Assembly: GCF_001412615.1 (NCBI RefSeq)
Contig: NZ_CP013011.1
Span: forward strand, 1,500,001-1,532,000
DNA length: 32,000 nucleotides
Reading direction: 5' to 3'
Source: Pyrodictium delaneyi
GTDB lineage: Archaea > Thermoproteota > Thermoprotei_A > Sulfolobales > Pyrodictiaceae
In this document: positions 7,239 to 15,491 of the stretch, one piece after another
Position numbering within the stretch: the stretch's first letter is position 1
Layout: each line of letters opens with the position of its first letter
Position numbers and translations under genes: made by a program
Notes under the pieces: model-generated
Seen by the model: the letters and a program-made list of their open reading frames with translations, nothing else
Database searches by the model: none
Told to the model about the DNA's origin: nothing

Positions 7239-10200
7239 ATGCCGCCACAACGTAAAAGCAAGCCCGATTTGAATAGACGCTCGTTCCTCAAAGCAACAAC
7301 ATTGATGACTGCACTGGCTATGCTGCCAAGCAGTGCTAGAAGAGCACTTGGCTATACTCCGCCAAAGGAGTATATGCTCGGCGAGATAGGCAATAAGAGT
7401 CTCTATGAGACAGTTGAAATCCGCGGTGTATGCACATACTGTAGCGTTGGTTGCGGAATCATATTCTACAAGCAAGCCAATAAGGTAGTGTACCAGGAAG
7501 GCGATCCAGACAATCCTCTTAACGAGGGCAAGCTCTGTATAAAAGGCAAAGCTTCCATACAGCTGTTCGGCGCCCACAATCCTCTACGTGCCCGTACACC
7601 CCTTATCCGCGTAAATCCCAAGCCCAAGCCCGAGGAGATACTAGAAGCCAGGGACTCCAACGAGCTCATGAAGGTCCTGGAGAAGTATAAGCCAGTCTGG
7701 AAGCCTGTAACCTGGGAAGAGGCCTTCGAATACGTAATGAAGAAGATGAGAGAGATTCTCGAAGCCAATGCTGATGCTGTTAGAGTATACCACCCCTATG
7801 ACGGTAAGATATGTGATAGCAGGAAGGGCTGCTACTTCCGCTTCGGCAACAAGTACCCTGTAATGATAATAGCCGGCGCAAAGATGCTCAACGAGGAAGC
7901 ATACCTCATAAGGAAGATATCAATGCTTATAGGATGCAACAACATAGACCATGATGCGCGGCGTTGTCACTCCACTACAGTGGCCGGCCTAGCTGGCACA
8001 GTTGGCTTCGGCGCACAGACCCAGAGCTTCCCCGACACCCAGTATATCAGCGTCTACCTCATCCTGGGCGGGAACCCTGCCGAGGCCCACCCCGTCTCAA
8101 TGAGGCACGTCATGAAGGGCATCAACCGCGGCACACTAACACTAGTAGTGGTGGACCCGAAGTATGGGCGCACTGCATCCAAGGCCCATATATTCGCATT
8201 CCACCGCCCCGGCACAGACATACCCATAATGTACTACATCCTACACTACGCGTTCTTCGAGCGCAACCCGCCGGTAGACCGGCTCGACACCTTCCGCGAG
8301 TACGCTAAGAGGTTCAACATAGACATAGCTGAGATCGAGGAGATAAAGGACATAGCCAAGAGGTTCACTGCCGAAGAGGTCTCGAGGATAACTGGTGTAC
8401 CGGTCGAGAAGCTTCGCGAGATAGCCCGGCTCTTCGTCGAGAACAGCGGAGTAACCACCGGGTTCAAGAGGTTCGCCTCGATAGAGTGGGCTATGGGGCT
8501 CACTCAGCACCACGTAGGCACACAGAATACCCGCCTCGCCGCCCTGGTTCAGCTAGTCCTGGGCAATCTAGGCTTCCCAGGAGGCGGCCTCAACCCCTAC
8601 CGTGGTCACAGTAATGTGCAAGGCACAACTGACCTATGTATACTAAGCCACATATTCCCAGGCTACATCAAGATCCCGACCAATAGTAAGCAGATCCGCG
8701 CCTACCAGGAGTGGAAGCTGAAGGGCTTCCCCGACGCCTTCAACTGGCGCCCCAGCATGAACACTTGTAAGGCGCTCGGCCTGAAGTGCAGCGATTGCGA
8801 CGATAACGGCGACAACTGCAAGCTAACAGTAAACAGTGGGGCGCTACTCTGGGCATGGTGGTTCATGAACTGGCGCCGCTACGAGCTAGCCATGGGTATC
8901 TTCGTCGGCACGGATCCCGAGGATAAGCCGTGGGACGAGAACAGCGTCGTGATAAGCGATCTACCATTCAACAAGGGCTACACCGAGAACAACTGGTGGA
9001 TGGGCGTATTACTGCCCGACGACCCGAGGACAAAGAAGATCGGCGGAAAGATAGAGGCCATGTGGCTGTTCGGCGAGAACATAGCCATTAGCGACGCTGA
9101 CTCTAAGATAACCATGGCGGCTCTCGCAGCGCTAAAACTCCTAGTAGTGTCCGACATATTCATAACAGAGACCGCATGGTTCGCCGATGTATTCCTCCCG
9201 GCCGCGTTCCAGTACGAGAAGGAGGGCAGCATAACTAACAGCAACCGCTGGATACAGTGGCAGCACCGCGTGGTAGAGCCACCCGGCGATGCCAGGGCAG
9301 ACCTATGGGTGATGTACAAGTTCTGGGACTACATGAGGCGTAGTGGCCTAGTAAAGCTGCCGAGCGAGGAGTACGGTAAGAAGATCGAGCGTGTAGTAGT
9401 GAAGCACCCCGAGGCCGATACGCTGGTCGAGCTCTACCGGAGGAAGATAGAGCCCTACATGAACTATGGCAGCGGTAGATTCCCGTGGACCGACTACCGG
9501 GAAGTAGACCCGGTGCTCGTCTACAAGGAGATCGATGCTGCTGTAGACCTCTACTATGGCCAGTACGACTGGGCCCACGACAAGATACTAGCCATGAGGA
9601 GGATATCCGCGCCACGTGTACCCGGCCAGCCTGACGGTCTGCTCGACAGTGGCACCCTCGAGCACCCTGGCGGGAAGGCCCCGCTGAGGCTCTTCAAGGA
9701 CTGGGGCTGGAGCTGGCCCAGGAACGTCAGGATACTCTACAACCTGTACACATTGGAGAAGACATTCGGCCGCAAGGACAGCTTCACCTTTGAGCCAGGC
9801 AAATGGACCGTAGGCCCAGAGCTAGACGGCAAGACCGTGGAGATCACTGGCGAGGCCGGCGAAATGATAGATGCTAAAACAAAGATGCCTAGACCGGCCT
9901 TCATACCGGGCCACAACTTCGTGATAGGCAAGTACTATAAGCGCGCCTGGACATGCCTCACAGAGAAGTGCAGCCAGAAGACCACGGCCGACATATTCAC
10001 TGGCGCTGCCTACGCCGAAGACATGATACGCTACGGCAAGACCGTCGGCAAGATAGTGTTCTGGAAGCCTGGCGGCGGCTACGAGATAAAGACTGTCGAG
10101 GAGCTCGACATAAGGTGTCCGATGTGCGAGAGCTTCTACTATGACCCCGAGCTGATACTAGACTACGGCAAGGCCGTGTTCTATAAGCCGTACTTCAAGG

Positions 10201-11033
10201 GCACCAAGACCATTAACGGAAAGACGATAGTCTACAAGGACTGGAAGGAATGGCGCCCGGTGCACGACAAGTTCGTAAAAGAATTCACAGCCTGCATTGG
10301 AGGCAATCCTGAGAACTACAAGAAGTGTGTCAAGGAGTTCCTAGACAAGTATGGCGAGTGGTATGCTATAACTGGACCTGACGGCAAGGTATGGGCCTAT
10401 AGTATCGACTACCCGTTCCACTTCGAGCCAGTTGAAAGCCCGAGCATAGAGATGGCAACCAAGTACCCAGCACTAGCCTGGAGGAGGATAGAGAACCTGT
10501 TCTACATAGAGCCACCAGAGCAGATGCCGGAACTATACAAGGCCGTGGTAGCGACCTATGAAGAGCTGAAGAAGTACGCGCCTAGCGATGCAGAAGTGGT
10601 AGTGGTTACCGAGAACCGTCTTGAGGAGCACTTCCACACCGGTATCATGACGCGCAACGTGCCGTACCTTGCCGAGACGCTGCCAGAGCCCTTCGCAGAG
10701 ATCCCAGTCGAGCTAGCCGAAAAGCTGGGTATAAAGAGTGGCGACATAGTAGAGCTGGGCAACAATAGGAACAAGATCTACGTGCGAGCACTGGTAACAC
10801 ACCGCATGCCTAAGCTGAGGATAGGCAACAAGGAGGTCTACGTGATCAACGTGCCGTGGAGCTGGGGTTGGAGCGGCGCCCACAACAGCTTCGACGTAGC
10901 CAACACGATATCAATACTAGTAATGGACATAGTTACTACGATGCAGGAGACGAAGGCGTTCCTAGCATGGGTGAAGAAGGCCAGCCCAGACAAGTACACT
11001 TACCAGGCTAAACCCCGCATACAAGTGTTCTAA
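7239..11033 (+). CDS. fdnG: Formate dehydrogenase-N-type molybdopterin catalytic subunit (Cys-type, Tat-exported), unusually long at 1264 aa
   Basis: Twin-arginine motif NRRSFLK (7272-7292). [4Fe-4S] motif CTYCSVGCG...CIKGK. Active-site block IDHDARRCHSTTVAGL aligns with E. coli FdnG VDNQARVUHGPTVASL, with Cys243 (TGT, 7965-7967) in place of Sec, followed by His244. Further matching blocks: GGNPAEAHP, VVDPKYGRTAS, GLTQHHVGTQN, NPYRGHSNVQGTTD (catalytic Arg), EKEGSITNSNRWIQW and ENRLEEHFHTG. Confidence 0.9.
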   Translation: MPPQRKSKPDLNRRSFLKATTLMTALAMLPSSARRALGYTPPKEYMLGEIGNKSLYETVEIRGVCTYCSVGCGIIFYKQANKVVYQEGDPDNPLNEGKLCIKGKASIQLFGAHNPLRARTPLIRVNPKPKPEEILEARDSNELMKVLEKYKPVWKPVTWEEAFEYVMKKMREILEANADAVRVYHPYDGKICDSRKGCYFRFGNKYPVMIIAGAKMLNEEAYLIRKISMLIGCNNIDHDARRCHSTTVAGLAGTVGFGAQTQSFPDTQYISVYLILGGNPAEAHPVSMRHVMKGINRGTLTLVVVDPKYGRTASKAHIFAFHRPGTDIPIMYYILHYAFFERNPPVDRLDTFREYAKRFNIDIAEIEEIKDIAKRFTAEEVSRITGVPVEKLREIARLFVENSGVTTGFKRFASIEWAMGLTQHHVGTQNTRLAALVQLVLGNLGFPGGGLNPYRGHSNVQGTTDLCILSHIFPGYIKIPTNSKQIRAYQEWKLKGFPDAFNWRPSMNTCKALGLKCSDCDDNGDNCKLTVNSGALLWAWWFMNWRRYELAMGIFVGTDPEDKPWDENSVVISDLPFNKGYTENNWWMGVLLPDDPRTKKIGGKIEAMWLFGENIAISDADSKITMAALAALKLLVVSDIFITETAWFADVFLPAAFQYEKEGSITNSNRWIQWQHRVVEPPGDARADLWVMYKFWDYMRRSGLVKLPSEEYGKKIERVVVKHPEADTLVELYRRKIEPYMNYGSGRFPWTDYREVDPVLVYKEIDAAVDLYYGQYDWAHDKILAMRRISAPRVPGQPDGLLDSGTLEHPGGKAPLRLFKDWGWSWPRNVRILYNLYTLEKTFGRKDSFTFEPGKWTVGPELDGKTVEITGEAGEMIDAKTKMPRPAFIPGHNFVIGKYYKRAWTCLTEKCSQKTTADIFTGAAYAEDMIRYGKTVGKIVFWKPGGGYEIKTVEELDIRCPMCESFYYDPELILDYGKAVFYKPYFKGTKTINGKTIVYKDWKEWRPVHDKFVKEFTACIGGNPENYKKCVKEFLDKYGEWYAITGPDGKVWAYSIDYPFHFEPVESPSIEMATKYPALAWRRIENLFYIEPPEQMPELYKAVVATYEELKKYAPSDAEVVVVTENRLEEHFHTGIMTRNVPYLAETLPEPFAEIPVELAEKLGIKSGDIVELGNNRNKIYVRALVTHRMPKLRIGNKEVYVINVPWSWGWSGAHNSFDVANTISILVMDIVTTMQETKAFLAWVKKASPDKYTYQAKPRIQVF

Positions 11034-11068
11034 CCAATTTTCAACACCATGGGGCAGGGTGATCACGC

Positions 11069-11863
11069 ATGACCGAGTACGGGATAGTATTCAACCTCGA
11101 TACATGTATAGGTTGCAGGGCATGCCAGACAGCGTGTAAGGTCTGGAACGGGCTGAAAGCTGAAGAGACTAGCTTCAACCCTGAGGGCTACACCAACCCA
11201 GTAGACCTATCGCCGAACACCTGGATGATAATGGAGTTCCTAGAGGGGTTGATGGGCGATTCACCATTCTGGCTCTTCAAGAAGCGCCAGTGCATGCACT
11301 GTAGCGAGGCACCTTGCGCCAAGGCGTGCCCGGTCAACGCCATAGAGGTGCATCCCGAGGGCGCCGTGGTAATCCGTCCCGACAAGTGCATAGGTTGCCG
11401 CTACTGTATCGAGGCCTGCCCCTACGATGTGCCACGCTACGACCCGATATCGAACAAGGTATACAAGTGTACATTCTGTATCGACCGTGTACAGAATGGC
11501 CTCGCACCCGCATGTGTCGAGGCCTGCCCAACTGATGCACTAGAGTTCGGCCCCTGGGAGGAACTGCTCCAGAAGTACCGCGCCGCCGGCTACGAGGTGT
11601 ACGGAGACAACGTTAACGATTACGTCGGACGCACTCACTACCTCTACGTGACGAGGAAGTTCCGGAACTTTGGAGCCGAGGAGGGCAAGAAGTGGTACGA
11701 GGCTATTGGCTTCCCAGAAAACCCGACAGGAGCACTACCACTCATTGAAGCCGGACGCAACGTTGGTGTAGGTCTTGCAGCGCTAGCAGCTGTAGGTGCA
11801 GTAGCTCACGCCATCTACTGGAGGGCTAAGAGGATCGAGGAGAGGAACAAGACCGAGAAATGA
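11069..11863 (+). CDS. fdnH: Formate dehydrogenase iron-sulfur (beta) subunit, four [4Fe-4S] motifs and a C-terminal TM anchor
   Basis: Cys motifs CIGCRACQTAC, CMHCSEAPCAKACP, CIGCRYCIEACP and CTFCIDR...ACVEACP. C-terminal helix VGVGLAALAAVGAVAHAIYW. SD GGTGATC lies at 11058-11064. Confidence 0.88.
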   Translation: MTEYGIVFNLDTCIGCRACQTACKVWNGLKAEETSFNPEGYTNPVDLSPNTWMIMEFLEGLMGDSPFWLFKKRQCMHCSEAPCAKACPVNAIEVHPEGAVVIRPDKCIGCRYCIEACPYDVPRYDPISNKVYKCTFCIDRVQNGLAPACVEACPTDALEFGPWEELLQKYRAAGYEVYGDNVNDYVGRTHYLYVTRKFRNFGAEEGKKWYEAIGFPENPTGALPLIEAGRNVGVGLAALAAVGAVAHAIYWRAKRIEERNKTEK

Positions 11864-11900
11864 CGTGTTTTACTTACAATCATGAAGGGGGTGTTACATA

Positions 11901-12629
11901 ATGGGTAAGGAGGTTAAACTCTTCAGTGAACTAGAGATATGGGCACATAAACACGCTATACACTTCGCAGCCGCCCTAATACTAACGGGGCTGATAGTCT
12001 CCGCCAACAGCCTGCCAGACCCCCTAGGAGGGTTCTTCGAGTGGCTAGCATATACACTAGGTACACCAGCATCCTACTTTGCTGAAGCCCTCGGGCTTTC
12101 ACCGCTCGAGCAGAGCTATAGCGCCTATAGCCTCGGTGTACAAGTAGCTAGGATAGTCCACCGGCTCGCAGGAATAGGAATGGCGTTCATAGGCCTAGTG
12201 TGGCTCCTAGGCGAGCTACCACGGGCTAGGAAGTGGCAGATATGGCCCGAAGGCGGTCTAGGAGCTGCCGTCAAGAATCTGATAGACTACTATGTAGGAA
12301 AGAAGGAACCACGGTTCGGCAAGTATAACCTCGGCCAGAAACTGTGGATAATAGGTGTAGTCGTTGGCTTTACGCTACTCTTCATAACAGGCATAATAAT
12401 GTGGTTCCGCGACAGTTTCAGCCAAAGCGTGGTAAACACTGCTCATACGCTACACACATGGCTAGCATGGATAAGTATTGCTGGACTAATAATCCACATA
12501 TATCTCGCCATAGGAATACCAGAGCATAGGCCAATGCTGAGAGCCATGTTCCGCACCGGTACTGCACCAGAAGAGTTTGTGAAGAAGCATCACCCATTAT
12601 ACTATGAGAAAATAAGAAGCGAAGACTAA
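11901..12629 (+). CDS. fdnI: Formate dehydrogenase cytochrome b (gamma) membrane subunit
   Basis: 242 aa with 4-5 predicted TM helices. Conserved-looking His are at helix ends (HKHAIHF, RIVHRL, HTLHTW, IIHIYL), as in the FdnI/cytochrome b561 family. SD GGGGGTG lies at 11887-11893. The gene position after fdnH also fits. Confidence 0.8.
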   Translation: MGKEVKLFSELEIWAHKHAIHFAAALILTGLIVSANSLPDPLGGFFEWLAYTLGTPASYFAEALGLSPLEQSYSAYSLGVQVARIVHRLAGIGMAFIGLVWLLGELPRARKWQIWPEGGLGAAVKNLIDYYVGKKEPRFGKYNLGQKLWIIGVVVGFTLLFITGIIMWFRDSFSQSVVNTAHTLHTWLAWISIAGLIIHIYLAIGIPEHRPMLRAMFRTGTAPEEFVKKHHPLYYEKIRSED

Positions 12630-12674
12630 GCTCTCGGCAATACATTGAAACAACTATGCTGCATATACATCCTC

Positions 12675-12696
12675 TATTCTCTTTTTCATATTCTTA
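12675..12696 (+). terminator. T-rich tract (TATTCTCTTTTTCATATTCTT) after fdnI; candidate archaeal terminator
   Basis: Contains T5 at 12682-12686 in a pyrimidine-rich context, 50 nt after the stop. It is followed by AT-rich promoter-like sequence before the next gene. Confidence 0.35.
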
Positions 12697-12741
12697 CCTT
12701 ATGTCGAAGTTTACATTAAAGTTGAGAGTAATATAGATAAG

Positions 12742-13575
12742 ATGGAGATGGTACTAGACATGACTGCAGGGGAAGTTACACCAGGCGCAGATGCCACTAA
12801 AGAATGTAGTCTAGCCACAACGCTTGTAGCAGGACTACGCATAGCAGCAGACTACAAGTACATAATAGAGGTTGACGACAAATACGTCGGCTCTATACAC
12901 ACGAGCCCGAACTACTTGGCTGACGCCATAGCAGGGCTAGCTCTACGCGATGGATTGGCTACCCTAGGCGATCATGTAGAGCTTGTCGAGGTCAAGCCGT
13001 TAGGCGATATGAGCTTCCTAGTTAGGGCTCGACTTGTCAGGGCTATGGCTACGAGCCTTCCCGATGAGAGACCGCTCGACTGGAACGTCATAGAAAGAGT
13101 CTATCGTGACCTGATAAGGTCTGTGCCTAAGGCTCAATGCCCCTTCGCCGTACACACTGTGGCCGTATACGGGATACCTCAAGACGGTGAACCGCGGAGG
13201 TTGATACTCGTCAGTGATGTCAGCCGCCATAGTGCAGTGCTGAAGGCTGCAGGTATGCTCTCGAGACTTGCTAGCTCTGGGAAACTACGTGGTCTTGCAT
13301 TGCTCGCTGTCTCCACAGGGAGGATATCCGGCGACGCTGTAGAGGCTCTGGCAAGGGCTGGAGTCCGGGTCATAGTTGCCAATCATCATCCGTTGTTGAG
13401 TGGCCTTGCAGCCGCTCTTCGCCATGGTGTTGCACTGGTGCTGCGTAGGCCCGATAGCCGAGGCCTCGCAGTCTACACGTCGCCGGAACTGGTAGTTAAT
13501 GCGCCCCTAGTGTTGTCGGTTAAGGAGGCAGGAGAGCCACCTTCTTATGCTGCCTCTATACTGCCGGTGTGCTGA
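12742..13575 (+). CDS. fdhD: FdhD-like formate dehydrogenase accessory protein (divergent; lacks the CxxC sulfur-relay loop)
   Basis: 277 aa. Blocks align by eye with E. coli FdhD: HTSPNYLADAIAGLALRDGL with ASPKDLEYFALGFSLSEGI; CPFAVHTVAVY with GCTHAAAWM; DVSRHSAVLKAAG with DVGRHVALDKLLG; STGRISGDAVEALARAGVRVIVA with [22 protein letters not shown]. Confidence 0.7.
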   Translation: MEMVLDMTAGEVTPGADATKECSLATTLVAGLRIAADYKYIIEVDDKYVGSIHTSPNYLADAIAGLALRDGLATLGDHVELVEVKPLGDMSFLVRARLVRAMATSLPDERPLDWNVIERVYRDLIRSVPKAQCPFAVHTVAVYGIPQDGEPRRLILVSDVSRHSAVLKAAGMLSRLASSGKLRGLALLAVSTGRISGDAVEALARAGVRVIVANHHPLLSGLAAALRHGVALVLRRPDSRGLAVYTSPELVVNAPLVLSVKEAGEPPSYAASILPVC

Positions 13576-13727
13576 ATCTTACCCTGACCCGGCATCAATT
13601 AATAACCCCGTGAATGCACACCATTCTTTATGACAGCCTAAGGGTGTGGCTATGAACACGTATATGACTTCGTGCTTTACTAGCCTAGAGGATTTGTTCT
13701 CTTGTACATAACGCTTAGACTATAGTT

Positions 13728-14666
13728 GTGAGGTTTCGTGTTATGGGTAGTGGGAAGCACGTACTTCTGCGCGACAGATTTCCCGAGATAAGAAGTTGGC
13801 TCGGGAAATTCTCTGAAGAGGACAAGAGGAACGAATCTTCTTACCGCATACTGGAGGCCCTATACGAGGTCCAGGCACGTATAGAGGAGGAGGCTCTGCG
13901 CCGCCTGGAGGAGGCTGGACTAATTGAGGAAGTAGCTAAGGCAGCACGGAAGATAGCATTTCAACGCGTACCTCTCATCATAATTCTTGGTGGTCTCCCT
14001 AAACCGCTTATGGATGAAGAATTTCTGCGCCGCTCGATGCTCGATATAATAGACGCTGTAGCAAGGGAGGGCTACAGTCTCAAAGGTGCTACAGCTTCCC
14101 TCCGCGATCCAGTGGAGAAGGCAGCATTAAGTATCTCTCAGCTCGTTGAAGAGCTATTGGAAGGTCGAGAAGATAGTATCCATGCATGGGCAGGCGCTGT
14201 CTCAGCTGACCGGGACCGTGTTCGGGCGCTGGCCCTTTGGTTAATCCAGCCCTTGCTTAGTGCACTACGCGTAGCTGCTAGCAACGCATTAGGTTGGGTT
14301 CGGGAATACTGGCAGCAAGGTCTTTGTCCAGTCTGTGGTTCTGTCACACGCGTCGGGTACATGAAGGGGGAAGGGAGGAAGCAGTTCCTCCGTTGCCAGG
14401 TCTGCGGAATGGAGTGGGTCTTTCCCCGCGCTCGATGTCCCTATTGTGGCACGGACAAGCCAGGCGATGTGGTATTCTATCAACCTCTGGAGTCTAGGCA
14501 ATGGTTACGGCTTTACTATTGCCGCCATTGCGGAGCCTACTGGAAGATAGTAGATGAGGAGGATGAAGCCGCCGCCAAGAGCGGGCTACCACCAAGAGAA
14601 CTTTACGACGTCTATACTTTTATCCTCGACTCTGTAGCCGAGGCAATGACCTCCAAGAGGCAGTAG
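13728..14666 (+). CDS. fdhE: FdhE formate dehydrogenase maturation protein (four CxxC rubredoxin-like knuckles)
   Basis: C-terminal region GLCPVCGS...FLRCQVCGMEW...RARCPYCG...YYCRHCGAYWK matches the FdhE pattern CPVCGS..RYL.C.LC..EW...R.KC..C......C..C..Y.K. A GTG is at 13728 and an ATG at 13743. Confidence 0.85.
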   Translation: MRFRVMGSGKHVLLRDRFPEIRSWLGKFSEEDKRNESSYRILEALYEVQARIEEEALRRLEEAGLIEEVAKAARKIAFQRVPLIIILGGLPKPLMDEEFLRRSMLDIIDAVAREGYSLKGATASLRDPVEKAALSISQLVEELLEGREDSIHAWAGAVSADRDRVRALALWLIQPLLSALRVAASNALGWVREYWQQGLCPVCGSVTRVGYMKGEGRKQFLRCQVCGMEWVFPRARCPYCGTDKPGDVVFYQPLESRQWLRLYYCRHCGAYWKIVDEEDEAAAKSGLPPRELYDVYTFILDSVAEAMTSKRQ

Positions 14667-14804
14667 GCCCTAGGGTGTACAAGTTGTCGGAAGATGGCGG
14701 CTTCGTAGAGGAAATGCCTGAAGACTTCTATGCTGCTGAAGAGCTTGAATTAGGCCGCTTGTCGAAATGCAAGAGTCTGGGGAAAAAACGGAAGAAAAAG
14801 ACCG

Positions 14805-15437
14805 TTGACAAGGTGCTCGGAGATAACGAGCAGAGGCAGTAAGAGCGATAGCAGGAGGAGAGTCTCGTTGCCGCTCCCAGGACTCTTGAATGCTGTAGCA
14901 TATGCGCCTAGACACCGTGACGAACTCTTGGGGATGTTAGAAGAGACTACGAATAAGATTGTAGAAGTAATGAAGACCACTATGCCACAGCATGCTATCA
15001 ACCTCTACACAATGTTAGCATCAGCCAAGGCATTGCCCGTAGCAGTAAAGGGAGGCCCGCCGCCGCTAAACCCGCTACAGTATGCCGACTTTGCTGCCGA
15101 TATCATAGCCCGGTTAGAGTCTACTGGTTTTTACGAGGAAGCTAGGCCCCTTCGACGCGCCCTCATGTCGGGAAAGCTACCCGTCTACGATCTTGCCCGT
15201 GGCTACTTGCTCGGAGACTTAGACTTTATAGTCTCGGTGTCAAGGGAGCTTGGTGCCGCCGAGTGGATTGTCGCATTCCTCGCCGCAGCAGTAGCTGCAG
15301 GCGCTGCCAGGGCTATACGGGCCGTGCTAGAATCTGATAGGAGCCTGCCGGCTCTAGGCCAGGATGCTACGTGCCCTGTGTGTGGTAGATCCTTGGAGAA
15401 TGGACGTTGTAGTTTCTGTCTCTACGCACAGAGGTAG
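14805..15437 (+). CDS. Hypothetical protein with a C-terminal CPVCG...CSFC zinc-ribbon; possible truncated FdhE-like paralogue
   Basis: The ORF-track start is TTG. A more plausible ATG at 14934 (MLEETTNKIV...) gives 167 aa. The body is helical and Ala-rich, ending in ATCPVCGRSLENGRCSFC. It follows fdhE on the same strand. Confidence 0.45.
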   Translation: MTRCSEITSRGSKSDSRRRVSLPLPGLLNAVAYAPRHRDELLGMLEETTNKIVEVMKTTMPQHAINLYTMLASAKALPVAVKGGPPPLNPLQYADFAADIIARLESTGFYEEARPLRRALMSGKLPVYDLARGYLLGDLDFIVSVSRELGAAEWIVAFLAAAVAAGAARAIRAVLESDRSLPALGQDATCPVCGRSLENGRCSFCLYAQR

Positions 15438-15491
15438 TCAATGCTGTAGCGTATATTTGCTCTCTCATCTTCTTCTGGCCATTGGTGAAGG

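Noticed and set aside
7173-7577. 134-aa minus-strand ORF spanning the AT-rich region and the 5' end of fdnG. The same applies to many other ORFs antisense or out of frame to large genes, for example 7466-7768, 7964-8308, 8241-8513, 8978-9319, 9235-9615, 16046-16342, 22736-22987, 23243-23494, 24222-24548, 26529-26786, 27438-27680 and 29683-30156.
   Set aside because: Each lies entirely within, or antisense to, a gene with strong family motifs. Their compositions are Arg/Ser/Pro/Ala-rich shadow-frame compositions, they carry no recognisable motifs, and they have no independent start context.
7965-7967. Possible selenocysteine (in-frame TGA) at the FdnG active site, with a SECIS element.
   Set aside because: The codon aligned with the E. 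coli FdnG Sec is TGT (Cys243). The ORF is uninterrupted, so no recoding is needed.
14714-14842. 42-codon Lys-rich ORF (MPEDFYAAEELELGRLSKCKSLGKKRKKKTVDKVLGDNEQRQ) between fdhE and the next gene.
   Set aside because: It is too short and low in complexity to support. It overlaps the TTG-start extension of the neighbouring ORF, and I saw no SD or promoter signal. It might still be worth checking with ribosome profiling.
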